DNA of 63,987 bases, filler included, from Reticulomyxa filosa (taxonomy: Eukaryota > Protista > Foraminifera): assembly GCA_000512085.1 (NCBI GenBank). It is 18 parts of 18 records of this genome, joined end to end, with 100 filler letters (N's around TTAATTAATTAA, not from the genome) between each part and the next. Parts side by side here need not be neighbours in the genome. Positions count along the whole stretch, not along the records: positions 41,874 to 60,690 come from ASPP01020168.1; positions 60,791 to 63,987 come from ASPP01021858.1; 16 more parts are not named here. One strand, 5' to 3'. A program made the position numbers and the translations under genes. Shown piece by piece: positions 51,856 through 62,091 of the stretch (the first letter of the stretch is position 1; each line of letters opens with the position of its first letter). The notes beneath the pieces are model-generated. The model had not been told where the DNA came from, made no database searches, and saw only the letters and a program-made list of their open reading frames with translations.

Positions 51856-53454
51856 ATGTCCAAGATATTAGATAATGTCCATGAGGAAGTGAATGATTTT
51901 ATGAACTTACCAAAACTTTTGAGAGCTGTCATTCCGCAGCTGTCTTTAAAGGCTTACAAAGGTTCTGCTGGGCGTGTTTGTATTACTGGAGGGTGTGAAG
52001 AATTCACAGGGTAAGACAACAAGAGAGAAAAGCAACGCCAACTTTGTGTAAAGAACAAGGACACGACAGAAAATAAAGTATTAACCACGCACAACTTGAC
52101 AGGGCCCCGTATTATGCAGCGATATCAGCACTTCGCAATGGTGGAGATCTAGCACTTGTGGTGTGTCACGAAGCTGCAAGCACTGCAATAAAATCGTATT
52201 CTCCAGAACTAATTGTACTGCCAGGGCTTAGTCCTTCGGACACAGACACGTTCGAATGGAAAGTGAAAAGTTCGACAGACAATAAGGAAGACAATTATCG
52301 TCGAATTCCAACAAAACTTTCCAAAATAATTGATTCTTCGTTGAGCCGATGTTCTGCTGTCATATGTGGACCAGTTTTGATTTTTGCGTTGTCTAGTATT
52401 CTACTTTAAAAAAAAAAAATAATTTGTTTCTGATTTATTTCCACAAGGGCCTTGGACGTGACAAATTTATGCTCGACTGCTGTGCATATATATTAAAATC
52501 CGCGAAAGATCGAAAGATCCCTGTTGTTGTCGATGGGGTTTGTTATCAACTCATTACGTATAAAAAAAGAATGATTAAAAGAGAAGCTAAAATGTATACG
52601 CATACAAAAAAAAAAAAAAAAAGGATGGATTATTTTTGTTATGTGATGCCGATTACAACGAATGGGCTGAAGAGAATCGTTTTGAAAACTATGAATTGGG
52701 TGTGTTGACGCCCAATGCAATGGAATTTCGTCGCTTGTGGATACGCTATGTACTGAAAATGGATGTGAACAAGTACGAACAAAGCAACAATAAAGGCAAG
52801 GCACAAAGTAATGAGGTACACTTGCCTCCTATGGAGACGAGCGACTGCTTGCCCCATATCATCCCAATCAGTCAGATTGTGACGGAAGAAGAAAAAAAAG
52901 ATATAAAGAAAATTGTTGAAGGACAATGCTATTCGTGTGAACACTTTCAACATATATCGTCAATCGCTGACACTGGAACATTAGCAAAAACGTTATTATT
53001 ATTCTTTCTTTTTTTTTTTTTTTTTTTTTTTTTTCCTAAATTTGAACACCTCATGGTTGCCACAATTGTTTGATTTGTACTTCGAAATGATAAAAATAAC
53101 AGTTTGCGGCTGACAATATTGCGCAAAGGGGTAGTAGATGTAGTTAGCGATGGAAAGTATTTTGTAGTTTCATGTAGTCCTGTTTCTTTGCGAAGATGTG
53201 GCGGGCAAGGAGATGTTTTGGCCGGCACTGCGGGGGTATGGGCACACTGGGCTAAACAGTTTGTGAAAGAAAATTCATCGAAAAATACTTTACCCTCTGT
53301 TGGTGTCATCTCTGCTTATGCAGGATCCTTTTTGCTGCGGCACTTTGCCGAGGCTGCCTTTAAACGCAAACATCGAAGCACTCTCACTACTGACATAATT
53401 GAAGCCATTCCTGATGTTTTGGAAGAAATTTTTCCTTCCAATGCTAAACTTTGA
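51856..53454 (+). CDS. NAXD: ATP-dependent (S)-NAD(P)H-hydrate dehydratase (five exons)
   Basis: [64 protein letters not shown] and [12 protein letters not shown]. Confidence 0.93.
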
Positions 53455-54163
53455 GCCGACATCGTAGGGCTGATATTACATTAATGTAACAAAGTTTTCT
53501 TACTCTATAGTGGTTATTTGTGTAATTTCTTCAATTTACTTGTTGATCTTACAAATAATATCATCAATTGTTTGTCACCAACTTTTCAGTAATTTTCTAC
53601 AATAACTCACGACCCTTATTTGGGGAATCGCAATGGAATAGGTAATGTTTGTTCACATTTCATTCACTTATTCTATTATCATTAAATGCTTATGAACTCC
53701 TTTTGCGATAACTCAGAGGCACATTATCACTCCGAAAATATTTCCAATTTATAAGACGCATTGATTTTGAGAAAGAAATAGTCAAAAGGTCCAAGATTTG
53801 AAAGGGCAGGCACAGATTTGCATTTTGTTGGATCTACTTTCAATCGATTCCATTTCAAATGTGGTCAAATCTAAAAATGTATTTTGTCTTACTTTTAGTG
53901 CTTACCATTGTGCAATGGCAACTATGTTTGATCTATTGCTAATTCCTGTTCCTTTCCATATCTCTGTTGCGAATCACATAATGCAGAAATAACTTTGGCT
54001 AGTGGCTTTTTCTTTGTTATAAATTTCAAACATAAACTTCGCTTCAGTAACGAAAATACAAATCAAAAAGGCAGCAAGTAAAGAACGTGTACTAGTAACG
54101 GCTGCGAACTCGTTTTTTTGGGCAGTCTTTTTTGAACCAAAAGACCAGTTTTAACTAAAAAAG

Positions 54164-55265
54164 ATGATACAAGAAGATCCTGTTATAGATGAGAAATTAT
54201 CTTGGCACAATGCTTCCCCTTATTTATTTTGCAATTCAGTACAATGCCTTCCAAAAGAATTAACTTCAATTGAACTGTATCCTGGTGACGTTCTGTTACT
54301 CGACAAAAATACTGCTCCTCAGGACCCGACCACAGAAGAGAAACCCAAATCTCATTATTTTTCTTTGTGCAAAAGTTATTCCATTCATTGGGGCATCGAT
54401 AAATTCCCTGTGGCGAATCCTTTGGATTGGATTAGTTTACCTAATCCTTTTCAGCATAGTCATTACCTTTTGGCAAGTCAAGACGCAACAAGCATCAGAA
54501 GAGCAGAATATCGCAAACTTGTCTCAGACACGCTAATGAACCATAACTCTCTTTTTCGCGAGCAATCTCAAGATGTAGTGCAAAGCATTTTGGAATTTGT
54601 GTGTGTCGATTTGGATCTGTTGAGTGTGATTGCAACTATCAAATACTATTCATTTGCATGGCGTATGTATACCATTCCATATTTTGAATCGCAAGACACT
54701 GCAAAAAAATGGCTGCAATCAATATGCAAACGGGACACCGGAAAGCAATATTTGCTCAAACATTTTATTAATCACCCCAAAGATACAACAGTCCATGTGT
54801 TGAAGCCAGATGAGTGTTATTTCGAAGTGAGTTTACTGCTCTCAAAATATGACATTGTAATGGAAAAGATCAACACGTATGTATGTTGGATGTTCTGAGA
54901 GCAAATAACTGTATCATGTTGAATAATACAAACGTATTGATAGCACACGTGAAACTGATTATGTTCGATGGTTGAAGCCAAATCAAGACAGATCACCAAT
55001 CGTATCTGTTCCTCACAACGAAAGATTTGAGCGAATATACACTGAGCCAACACAATGCCTTTTTGAGTCAGGCGAACATTTGGCTGACATTTTACAATGC
55101 AATGACAGCGGGGGTTCACTGTGGTTTGAACTAAAGGATGCTGTTCGTGTGGGTGGAAGTTTCCAGGCAGGAAAAAGCAGACATTGGTTTCAACTTCATG
55201 CCCCTCAAATCACTTCCGATGATGTGCTACCGTTTATTCGAATTCAACTCATCACTAACTGCTAG
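54164..55265 (+). CDS. Hypothetical protein (two exons)
   Basis: A 244-aa ORF is joined to the next ORF by a phase-consistent GTATGT..ATAG intron (KINT|TRETDYVRW). Confidence 0.65.
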
Positions 55266-55776
55266 CTTCTCTATTAGCTGTCGAAAAAGTACAAAATAGT
55301 TGAAGGGAAAAGGGTATACAAATTCTAAGAAAAAAAAGCTTAGCAATGTATGGAAACATGATTGTCAAGCAGCTCACAACACTTTTTAAGATAGCCTCTG
55401 TTGAAAAAGAAACAGGTGGCTGTTTTGTTTGTAAAGTCCTCACATGAAAAGATTTTTAAAAAGTAGCTCGGAGTGTGAAAATTAAACTAGGAACAGCCAA
55501 TTACAAAAAATTGACGGACACGTTGTCTGTCAGTAGCAAATCTTACTAAAAGCGATAAAAAAGAACTGTCTTTTATTCAACAAAATACAGAATCTATCAG
55601 TTATTCTCGCAGAGTACGTGTGAGAGAAAAAAAATTCGTGTTATGACAATATTTTGCGGTATTTTTCCTTAACCACCTTTTTTGTTGATTGCGTTAAAAT
55701 GTAATAATAAACAAGCCCATCTCATTTTCCCTTTGCTAAAAAAAAAAATTATATTGCGTTCATGCTGTTCGTACAC

Positions 55777-56325
55777 TCAAAATTGCGAACTCGGGACTCC
55801 ACGAATTTGCTTTTTCCATTTACGTTTGGGCCCACTCAAGCAGGGCCCAAATGTCAGTTTTTGATATGAGGAAAACAATTCACTGTCATAATTGTAGTCA
55901 TTGTCATCTAATTTGTGGCCACGATTTTTATCATTAGTTGCTCCAGAGTCTTTGCTATTGTCATCACTTCTTCTTTGATGAGTGTGGTCTTTGTCCTTGT
56001 TCCTAATAAGTGGTCGAGTTTTGTTCTTGTGGTTTTTTTGTATTTTTTCTACATTCGAGTTTTGGTCATTTTCTTTCCTATCAATTTGCATCGCATCACG
56101 TGCGGATTCATTTGATGATTCAAGCAGGTATACTTCCTCTTTTTTTTCTTGTTCGCCATTAGATTGCAAGTAGGGTACTTCTTCAGATTTTGTTTCCTCC
56201 GTGGGCATATCGTTAGCGATATGTGGTTCAAATAGACAAGTATGCTCATCTGTCAGGTCTTTCACATGTACCAAAGAAGAGACAGAAGAGCCACTGGATG
56301 GACGAGAACATACTAACCGTTTCAT
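55777..56325 (-). CDS. Hypothetical hydrophilic, probably disordered protein
   Basis: 182-aa ATG-initiated ORF rich in E/K/D/N; no recognisable domain. Confidence 0.45.
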   Translation of the reverse strand: MKRLVCSRPSSGSSVSSLVHVKDLTDEHTCLFEPHIANDMPTEETKSEEVPYLQSNGEQEKKEEVYLLESSNESARDAMQIDRKENDQNSNVEKIQKNHKNKTRPLIRNKDKDHTHQRRSDDNSKDSGATNDKNRGHKLDDNDYNYDSELFSSYQKLTFGPCLSGPKRKWKKQIRGVPSSQF

Positions 56326-56903
56326 TTTTTTGTTGGAGTCTGTACAATTTTTTCCCTATGCTTATTGTCAGAAAACCAAAGAGAAGTAAAGTAAAGAACA
56401 TTCAAATCTCTCTAACCAATAATTGAATCATTCTCACGTTTTCGTTTCAGATGTGAACATTGTGAGGGATTTTGTGCATCCACATCCATTTTATGCATTT
56501 TATCAAAATTCTCTCCTTTTTCTCACAAAGAATAATTCTTGGTTCCACCTATCCCAAAATACTTTTCAGCTTTAATGCGTGAAAGCCACTTTTATGTATA
56601 CTATGTGAACAGCAGCAAAAGTAGAAAAGTTTATTTCGTAGTTTTGATGCAAACTTAAAAATTTTGGTAACTCGGAACTTCAATCAGAAAATTGAATATT
56701 ATCACAAAAGAGAAATAAGTTTATGCACAAAAAAGCGTATTCAGCCGAAAGAGAAAGACTTTTTTTGTTTTTATTCAAAAAATAATGTTTGTGCATTGTC
56801 ATAGTGTTCGTTTGTGCCTCAATTGGATATTTGCATTGAACTCTCACGAAAATCAGCACAACTAAACTTTCAACATAAACAATATTCACACTCGTAAGTT
56901 GCT

Positions 56904-59900
56904 TTATTCGTGAAAAGTGGATTGGGGTTTGTTGGACGCGGCGAGCTCTGCTTGTTGTTGCCTTTGCAGCGCAATTGCAAGTATATTGTTAATTTCTTCG
57001 AATCTTCTGTTCATTTCGGCACGCATTTTGTCAATTCTTACATCAAATTCATCACGATCACCGGTGGCTTCTGAGGATATTGCATCTTTGGCATCGGGTC
57101 TGGGGCGTAATCCCAACAAAGCCGTTTCTAATTTTTGAACATTGTTATCAATTCTCTTGACAACCTCGCCCATCTCTTCTTCATCGGTAGAAGCATTTTT
57201 CACTCGGTTTCTGTATTCATCATTTCCTTCGGTTCGAAATTTTGCAAATTTTTGTTTTTGAGTTTCCTCGGTTTCGACAGTGGCAAATCGTAAGCTAAGG
57301 AAATTAGCAAATCGCGCCACATTTGCTGGCATGAACAATACAATGAGTAGTGTCGGCCACACCACCAGTTTAAAGGCAATATAAGAAACGACTTCAAGAA
57401 TAAACTTGGCTCGGTTGAGAGTATCGGTCTCACCGTTTTCAACTTTGAATGGACGATAGCAGTTGGGACACATTTCACATAAGCGGGGAATTGGAACACC
57501 GAAGCGATCCGTTGCAGATAGTAAATCCCTCATGTATTGCTTGTCCACGGGATCAAGACTGATTCCTTTTTCGTCAAACAATTGCAAATAATAGTCAATG
57601 TGCATTCGATCATTCGTCAAGTTATATCGACAATATCTGCAAAACTTGACTTCCGATAATGTCGAAGGAATTCTGGCACTTCTGCGCTTGTAAATTTGTT
57701 TGTTCAAGCGAATAATTTCGCTATCCAAAACGTGATACGTGGTTCCCGTCTCGGACAAGACTATGCAATCCCAATTTTCGCTTGCATCTCCGTCGATGGT
57801 AGTTCCTGTTGGACCCACTGCTTCCATGTGCTTTCTGCCTTTAATGCGATTGACACACTTGCGTCGCCGAACAACTTTGCCTTGGATTTTTTCTTTGCCT
57901 TTCATGAACACAATGGCGTCCAATTCGTTGTATTGTTGTGGTTGCTTGTTCAGTGGAGCCATAAACTCTTCATTGAACTGTCGATGTCCAAATGTCAACA
58001 CCCACGTGATCAACTCAAAGGCCATCCAATACAAGTACAGTATCAATGCGAATACGTTCAATGGCGGAGGTGCCACGGCTCTGGAATGATCCAACTCGAA
58101 CGTCGTTTCAATACGTTGTTTATTCAATTGGGTATTGGATCGCTCTTTGACCGACTCGAATGTGTTGGTCATCATGGCAATCAACAGGTTGATTAGCAAG
58201 ATGGTCCCAAACACACTGAAAAAGAATATCAAGGATAAGGCCAGATTGGATCGAGTCACGTCGAACAAGTATTTGCCGTTCGCGAGTTTCACACTGTCAA
58301 CCTTTGACCAGCTTTGTTGTCCCAAAATGGTTTGGAAGATGTAAAGACCAACACTGCTCAGTGTGCCCAGTCGAGAGTCGGTCACCTGTTCCAAATCAGT
58401 GCCAATGATATAATACATGGCAAAGGTGATACCAATTAAGAAGAGGATGGATATCAAACCAAAGTTGGTAACATCGCTCAACATGTTGATAATCATTCGA
58501 ATCAAAGGACCCGTTCCGCGTGAAATTTGGAAGATTTTGACGACACGAGACCACAGCAGCACGGACTGAACACTCCAGAAAAACATGTATATCTCGGTGG
58601 CTTTTTCATTTCGCGTTTGGTTTTCATCCAACTGTCCATTGGTATTGTACACAAGATTTGGAGAGCTGCCAAAGCGTAAGTATCCCAACGCGATCCAATC
58701 AAAGGCGATCAACACATCCCAATAGTTTGAAAACGAAGCAAAATATTCGTCCGGAGCATCGACAAACTCCAGTACCTCATTGGCCACATACCCCGCAGAG
58801 CTGATCCACAACACAAACTCCCACACACTATACGTTTGTGTGTAGTTGTATGTCAACGTCCACGTCACATACGAAAACAACGCCAAATAGAGCAAGTATA
58901 ATGTGGAAGACGTGGCAAATTTGCCAACGGGACTGTAGTAAAAGCTCCCTGACTGATTCCACAGTTTGGTGTAAAACGCGGTCAATTCCATTTCCACGTC
59001 TTGAAAGGAAAACTCGGGTCGTAAAAAGTCCGATCCGACACTCCACACGGCATTGCTGATGTGGACAATACGAGGCTCCTCCAAAAAGTTGATCAATTCA
59101 TATTGCAACGCCAGATCGATGATGGACTGTTGATCAATGTCGGTCGGAATTAATACCAGCAATGCAAATAGGTGTTCACTTTCAATTTCTTTGAGCAGCT
59201 TCTTGGCGATATTTTCAAAGGCTTGTCCGATTCTTGAAATGCCTCTTGATTGGACAAGTCGTCTTTTGATCGTTGATTCATGAATGCAGCTAAGCGCAAG
59301 GCCGTTGCAATGGGATATCGACTGCCCTCAATCGTGGCCTTGGCGAGACGATCAAACTCGTCCAATGTGTGTTTTGCCATTAAATAAGTGTGTCTTTGTA
59401 GCAAATCAAGGACTTTCATCGTCCCCATTTCCAAGGCAAGGAATTGCAGCAGCTTCCAAAGTGATATACGAAACTTGGACTTTAATGTCTCCGCGATAAA
59501 CTCCCACAGGGCAACCCCAAACTCATTGAGATCGCAATACAACACGATTTTGGGCAAGTCTCCATAGCGTTCATTGTACGTGTACTCATCACCAATGCGC
59601 TTTGGATCGTCCAGTCTTTCCAACACCATTGACACATGCGTGCGATACCGTCGAAACGCCTCATGACGAAGTGGCGCCTCCTTGATCTGCTGAGCACTAT
59701 GATCCTGCGACATGGAACGGACCGTGATCGTCGATCTTTGACGAGACAACTGTCGTCTACGCATCTTCTCTTTTTCCGCTTCCTTAATGTCGTCATCGTC
59801 CTCTTCGACTTCCTTCTCTTCGCTCGTGTAGTTATGATCTCCGCGTCGAGGCGTGGTGAAGCGCTGTGGACGTGCATATGAATTCTGCTTCACGTTTTCA

Positions 59901-60634
59901 TCCACGTCAATGCTAATAAAGACAGCCTCCAGCGATTCTCGATCCATCGCCGTGCTATCATTCATCTCCATGTTGAACACGTAACGGCGAATGGCTTCTT
60001 TCATTCTGCGCAATTTGACACATAAATAATCGTGAAATACGTATATTTTGCTCGTCTTCTCGCATTTGAATGCCATAAAGCAGTCCTTGTCGCGATTGTT
60101 TTTTTGAACTTGAGCTTCAATCCACACGCGGAACACACCAAACCTTTCTCCACTCTGCCTTGCGATCCCAAGGCTGCCAACGCGTCAAACGTCTTCCCAC
60201 TCAACGCTCCAATTGAACCCAGTCCGATGCCTTCTCCGTCGCTGTCAAAACCCAACGCTTCCGTCACCGACGACACGCGAAGGGGGTCGTCTCTGGGACT
60301 TGCCACGTCTTGCTCAAAGTATTTTCTGGGAATGTCTTGGACTTCTTCTAACTCTATGCGCTTCAATTGATACTCTTTTGCAATGGACTCTTCGTCAAAT
60401 TGATCCAACACCGCCCCGTCGACCATTGGCGTGCGGTCGATCATACTGATGCAGTCGGCCACGCGGATTATCTTTTCGTCGATCGGGTTCAATGGCCAAT
60501 TCTTCACCCTCTCTTCATGCTTGCGCAGCAACTCGCGTCGTGCCGTCTTTTCCAAGTTAAAGAAATCAGGGTGCAACAGCGTTATCACCGCTTCATCAAT
60601 TACTATCTGCGCTTCTTTTGTATCCGCGACACCC
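56904..60634 (-). CDS. TRP cation channel, TRPC/TRPM-like (5' truncated; two homopolymer frameshifts)
   Basis: Pre-S1 YPIATALRLA..IIDLALQYELINFLEEPRI..W; S4-S5 linker GPLIRMIINMLSDV; S6 LLINLLIAMMTNTFE; TRP box 2 APPPLN; C-terminal coiled coil. Confidence 0.9.
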
Positions 60635-60644
60635 TTTTACATAC

Positions 60645-60677
<33 letters not shown>

Positions 60678-60800
60678 ATATATATGTATANNNNNNNNNN
60701 NNNNNNNNNNNNNNNNNNNNNNNNNNNNNNNNNNTTAATTAATTAANNNNNNNNNNNNNNNNNNNNNNNNNNNNNNNNNNNNNNNNNNNNTAAAAACCCG

Positions 60801-60825
60801 GAATTCAAACCCTTTCGGTTCCAAC
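60801..60825. other. 454 FLX paired-end linker remnant (artifact)
   Basis: GAATTCAAACCCTTTCGGTTCCAAC is an exact 25-nt match to the FLX linker, located at a contig start. Confidence 0.9.
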
Positions 60826-60829
60826 TTTA

Positions 60830-61225
60830 TAACGCTTCAAAGCATGACTAGATTAAAATAATTACATCACTAAATTTTGATCTTTTTGTTATTGAATTTT
60901 CGTCTAATGGCTGTCTTTTACATAAATATCTTATAACATCACTTACATTTAAATTAATCATAATTTCATCTGAAAATAAAACATTTTTACAGTCTTCAAA
61001 CGCCAAACGTTACTTCAATACAACGTACACTTGCTTTTTTCTGTTTCATTGTCAATAATAGTTTCTTCTTCTTTGTAATAGCACTTAGCTAAATTTGCTT
61101 TAGCATATTTGTAATTGTTAGACGAGAAACAGTATCAACATTTCTTTCACTTTACGATAGCTTAAGCCGTTTCGTATCATTTCAACAGCACGACCTTTTA
61201 CGAAATTATCGACATGTTTTCCCAT
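60830..61225 (-). mobile_element. Degenerate Tc1/mariner transposase relic
   Basis: MGKHVDNFVKGRAVEMIRNGLSYRKV (HTH1); TVSRLTITNMLKQI*LSAITKKKKLLLTMKQKK (HTH2/linker); EDCKNVLFSDEIMINLNVSDVIRYL (first catalytic Asp); KFSDVIILI*SCF (decayed KHGGGSVMVWGCF). Confidence 0.8.
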
Positions 61226-62091
61226 TTTAACAAAAATAGCAAAATGTCAACTAATATTTCAGTAAGAAAATAATCAAAAGTGACAAAAATGAATATAGAA
61301 AAGTGTTTTAAAAAAAATTGACAAATTTCATGACTAATAATTATAATAAAAAAATTTATCATGTTGTAATATTTGTTATTTTTTCTGCTTTGTCTTTTGA
61401 TAGAAGTCTATAAATTGTATGTACTACCAGATTAAGCTATTTAACTTCTTTTGCCAAAGAAATAGAACGATATCTTTCTAAGTTTATTTTCTTTTGACCG
61501 TTGAAATTTTTTCTTGATTGAGACATTCAGTAACTGCCTGTTTTTTGTAATCGATAATGAAGTCTAATAATACAATAACTTACGAAAATATTCACATATT
61601 TTTGTTCGTAAAATCTTAAATGTTTATTTTCATTTAGAAAATCTATTCTTCATAAGGTGGCATTTTGGTATGTCAGTTTTTCTGTATATTAAATAAAAAT
61701 GACTCTAAAAATAAACAAGAAAGTTTTTTTGACATGCATTGACAGACAAATATGTACACTCAAAGCATATTCAAATAGAGTTAATTTTCAACGATCAAAA
61801 AATTTTAAAGGCTCCAAAATCAACTCTTAAAAACTCTGAAATTTAATGCAATCGGTTGTGTCTAGTGCTGGATCGTGTTTAACTAACTTAAATTGAAAAT
61901 GATTATATGATTATTTCCGATAAAATAAGTTTAGAACGAAGTTCAAAATGTTAGAATGGTTGAACAGTTTAGTATAACATCGCCAGATTGCATTACATTT
62001 TTTGTGAAACATAAAAAAGAAACAATATCGCCCAATTTCTAAAGATAATGACCGCATAAACATGGACTAAAAAGATTTAAATAAATAACAA

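Noticed and set aside
54896-54972. Stop-codon readthrough or alternative genetic code
   Set aside because: The stops fall inside a GT-AG intron. Well-supported genes end in TAA or TGA with no in-frame stops in exons.
59150-60150. Programmed ribosomal frameshifting in TRP (also COG4 ~50415, the p101-like gene ~20165 and dapD)
   Set aside because: Each shift is fixed by one base in a homopolymer. The bacterial dapD shows the same defects and 454 linkers are present, so these are sequencing errors.
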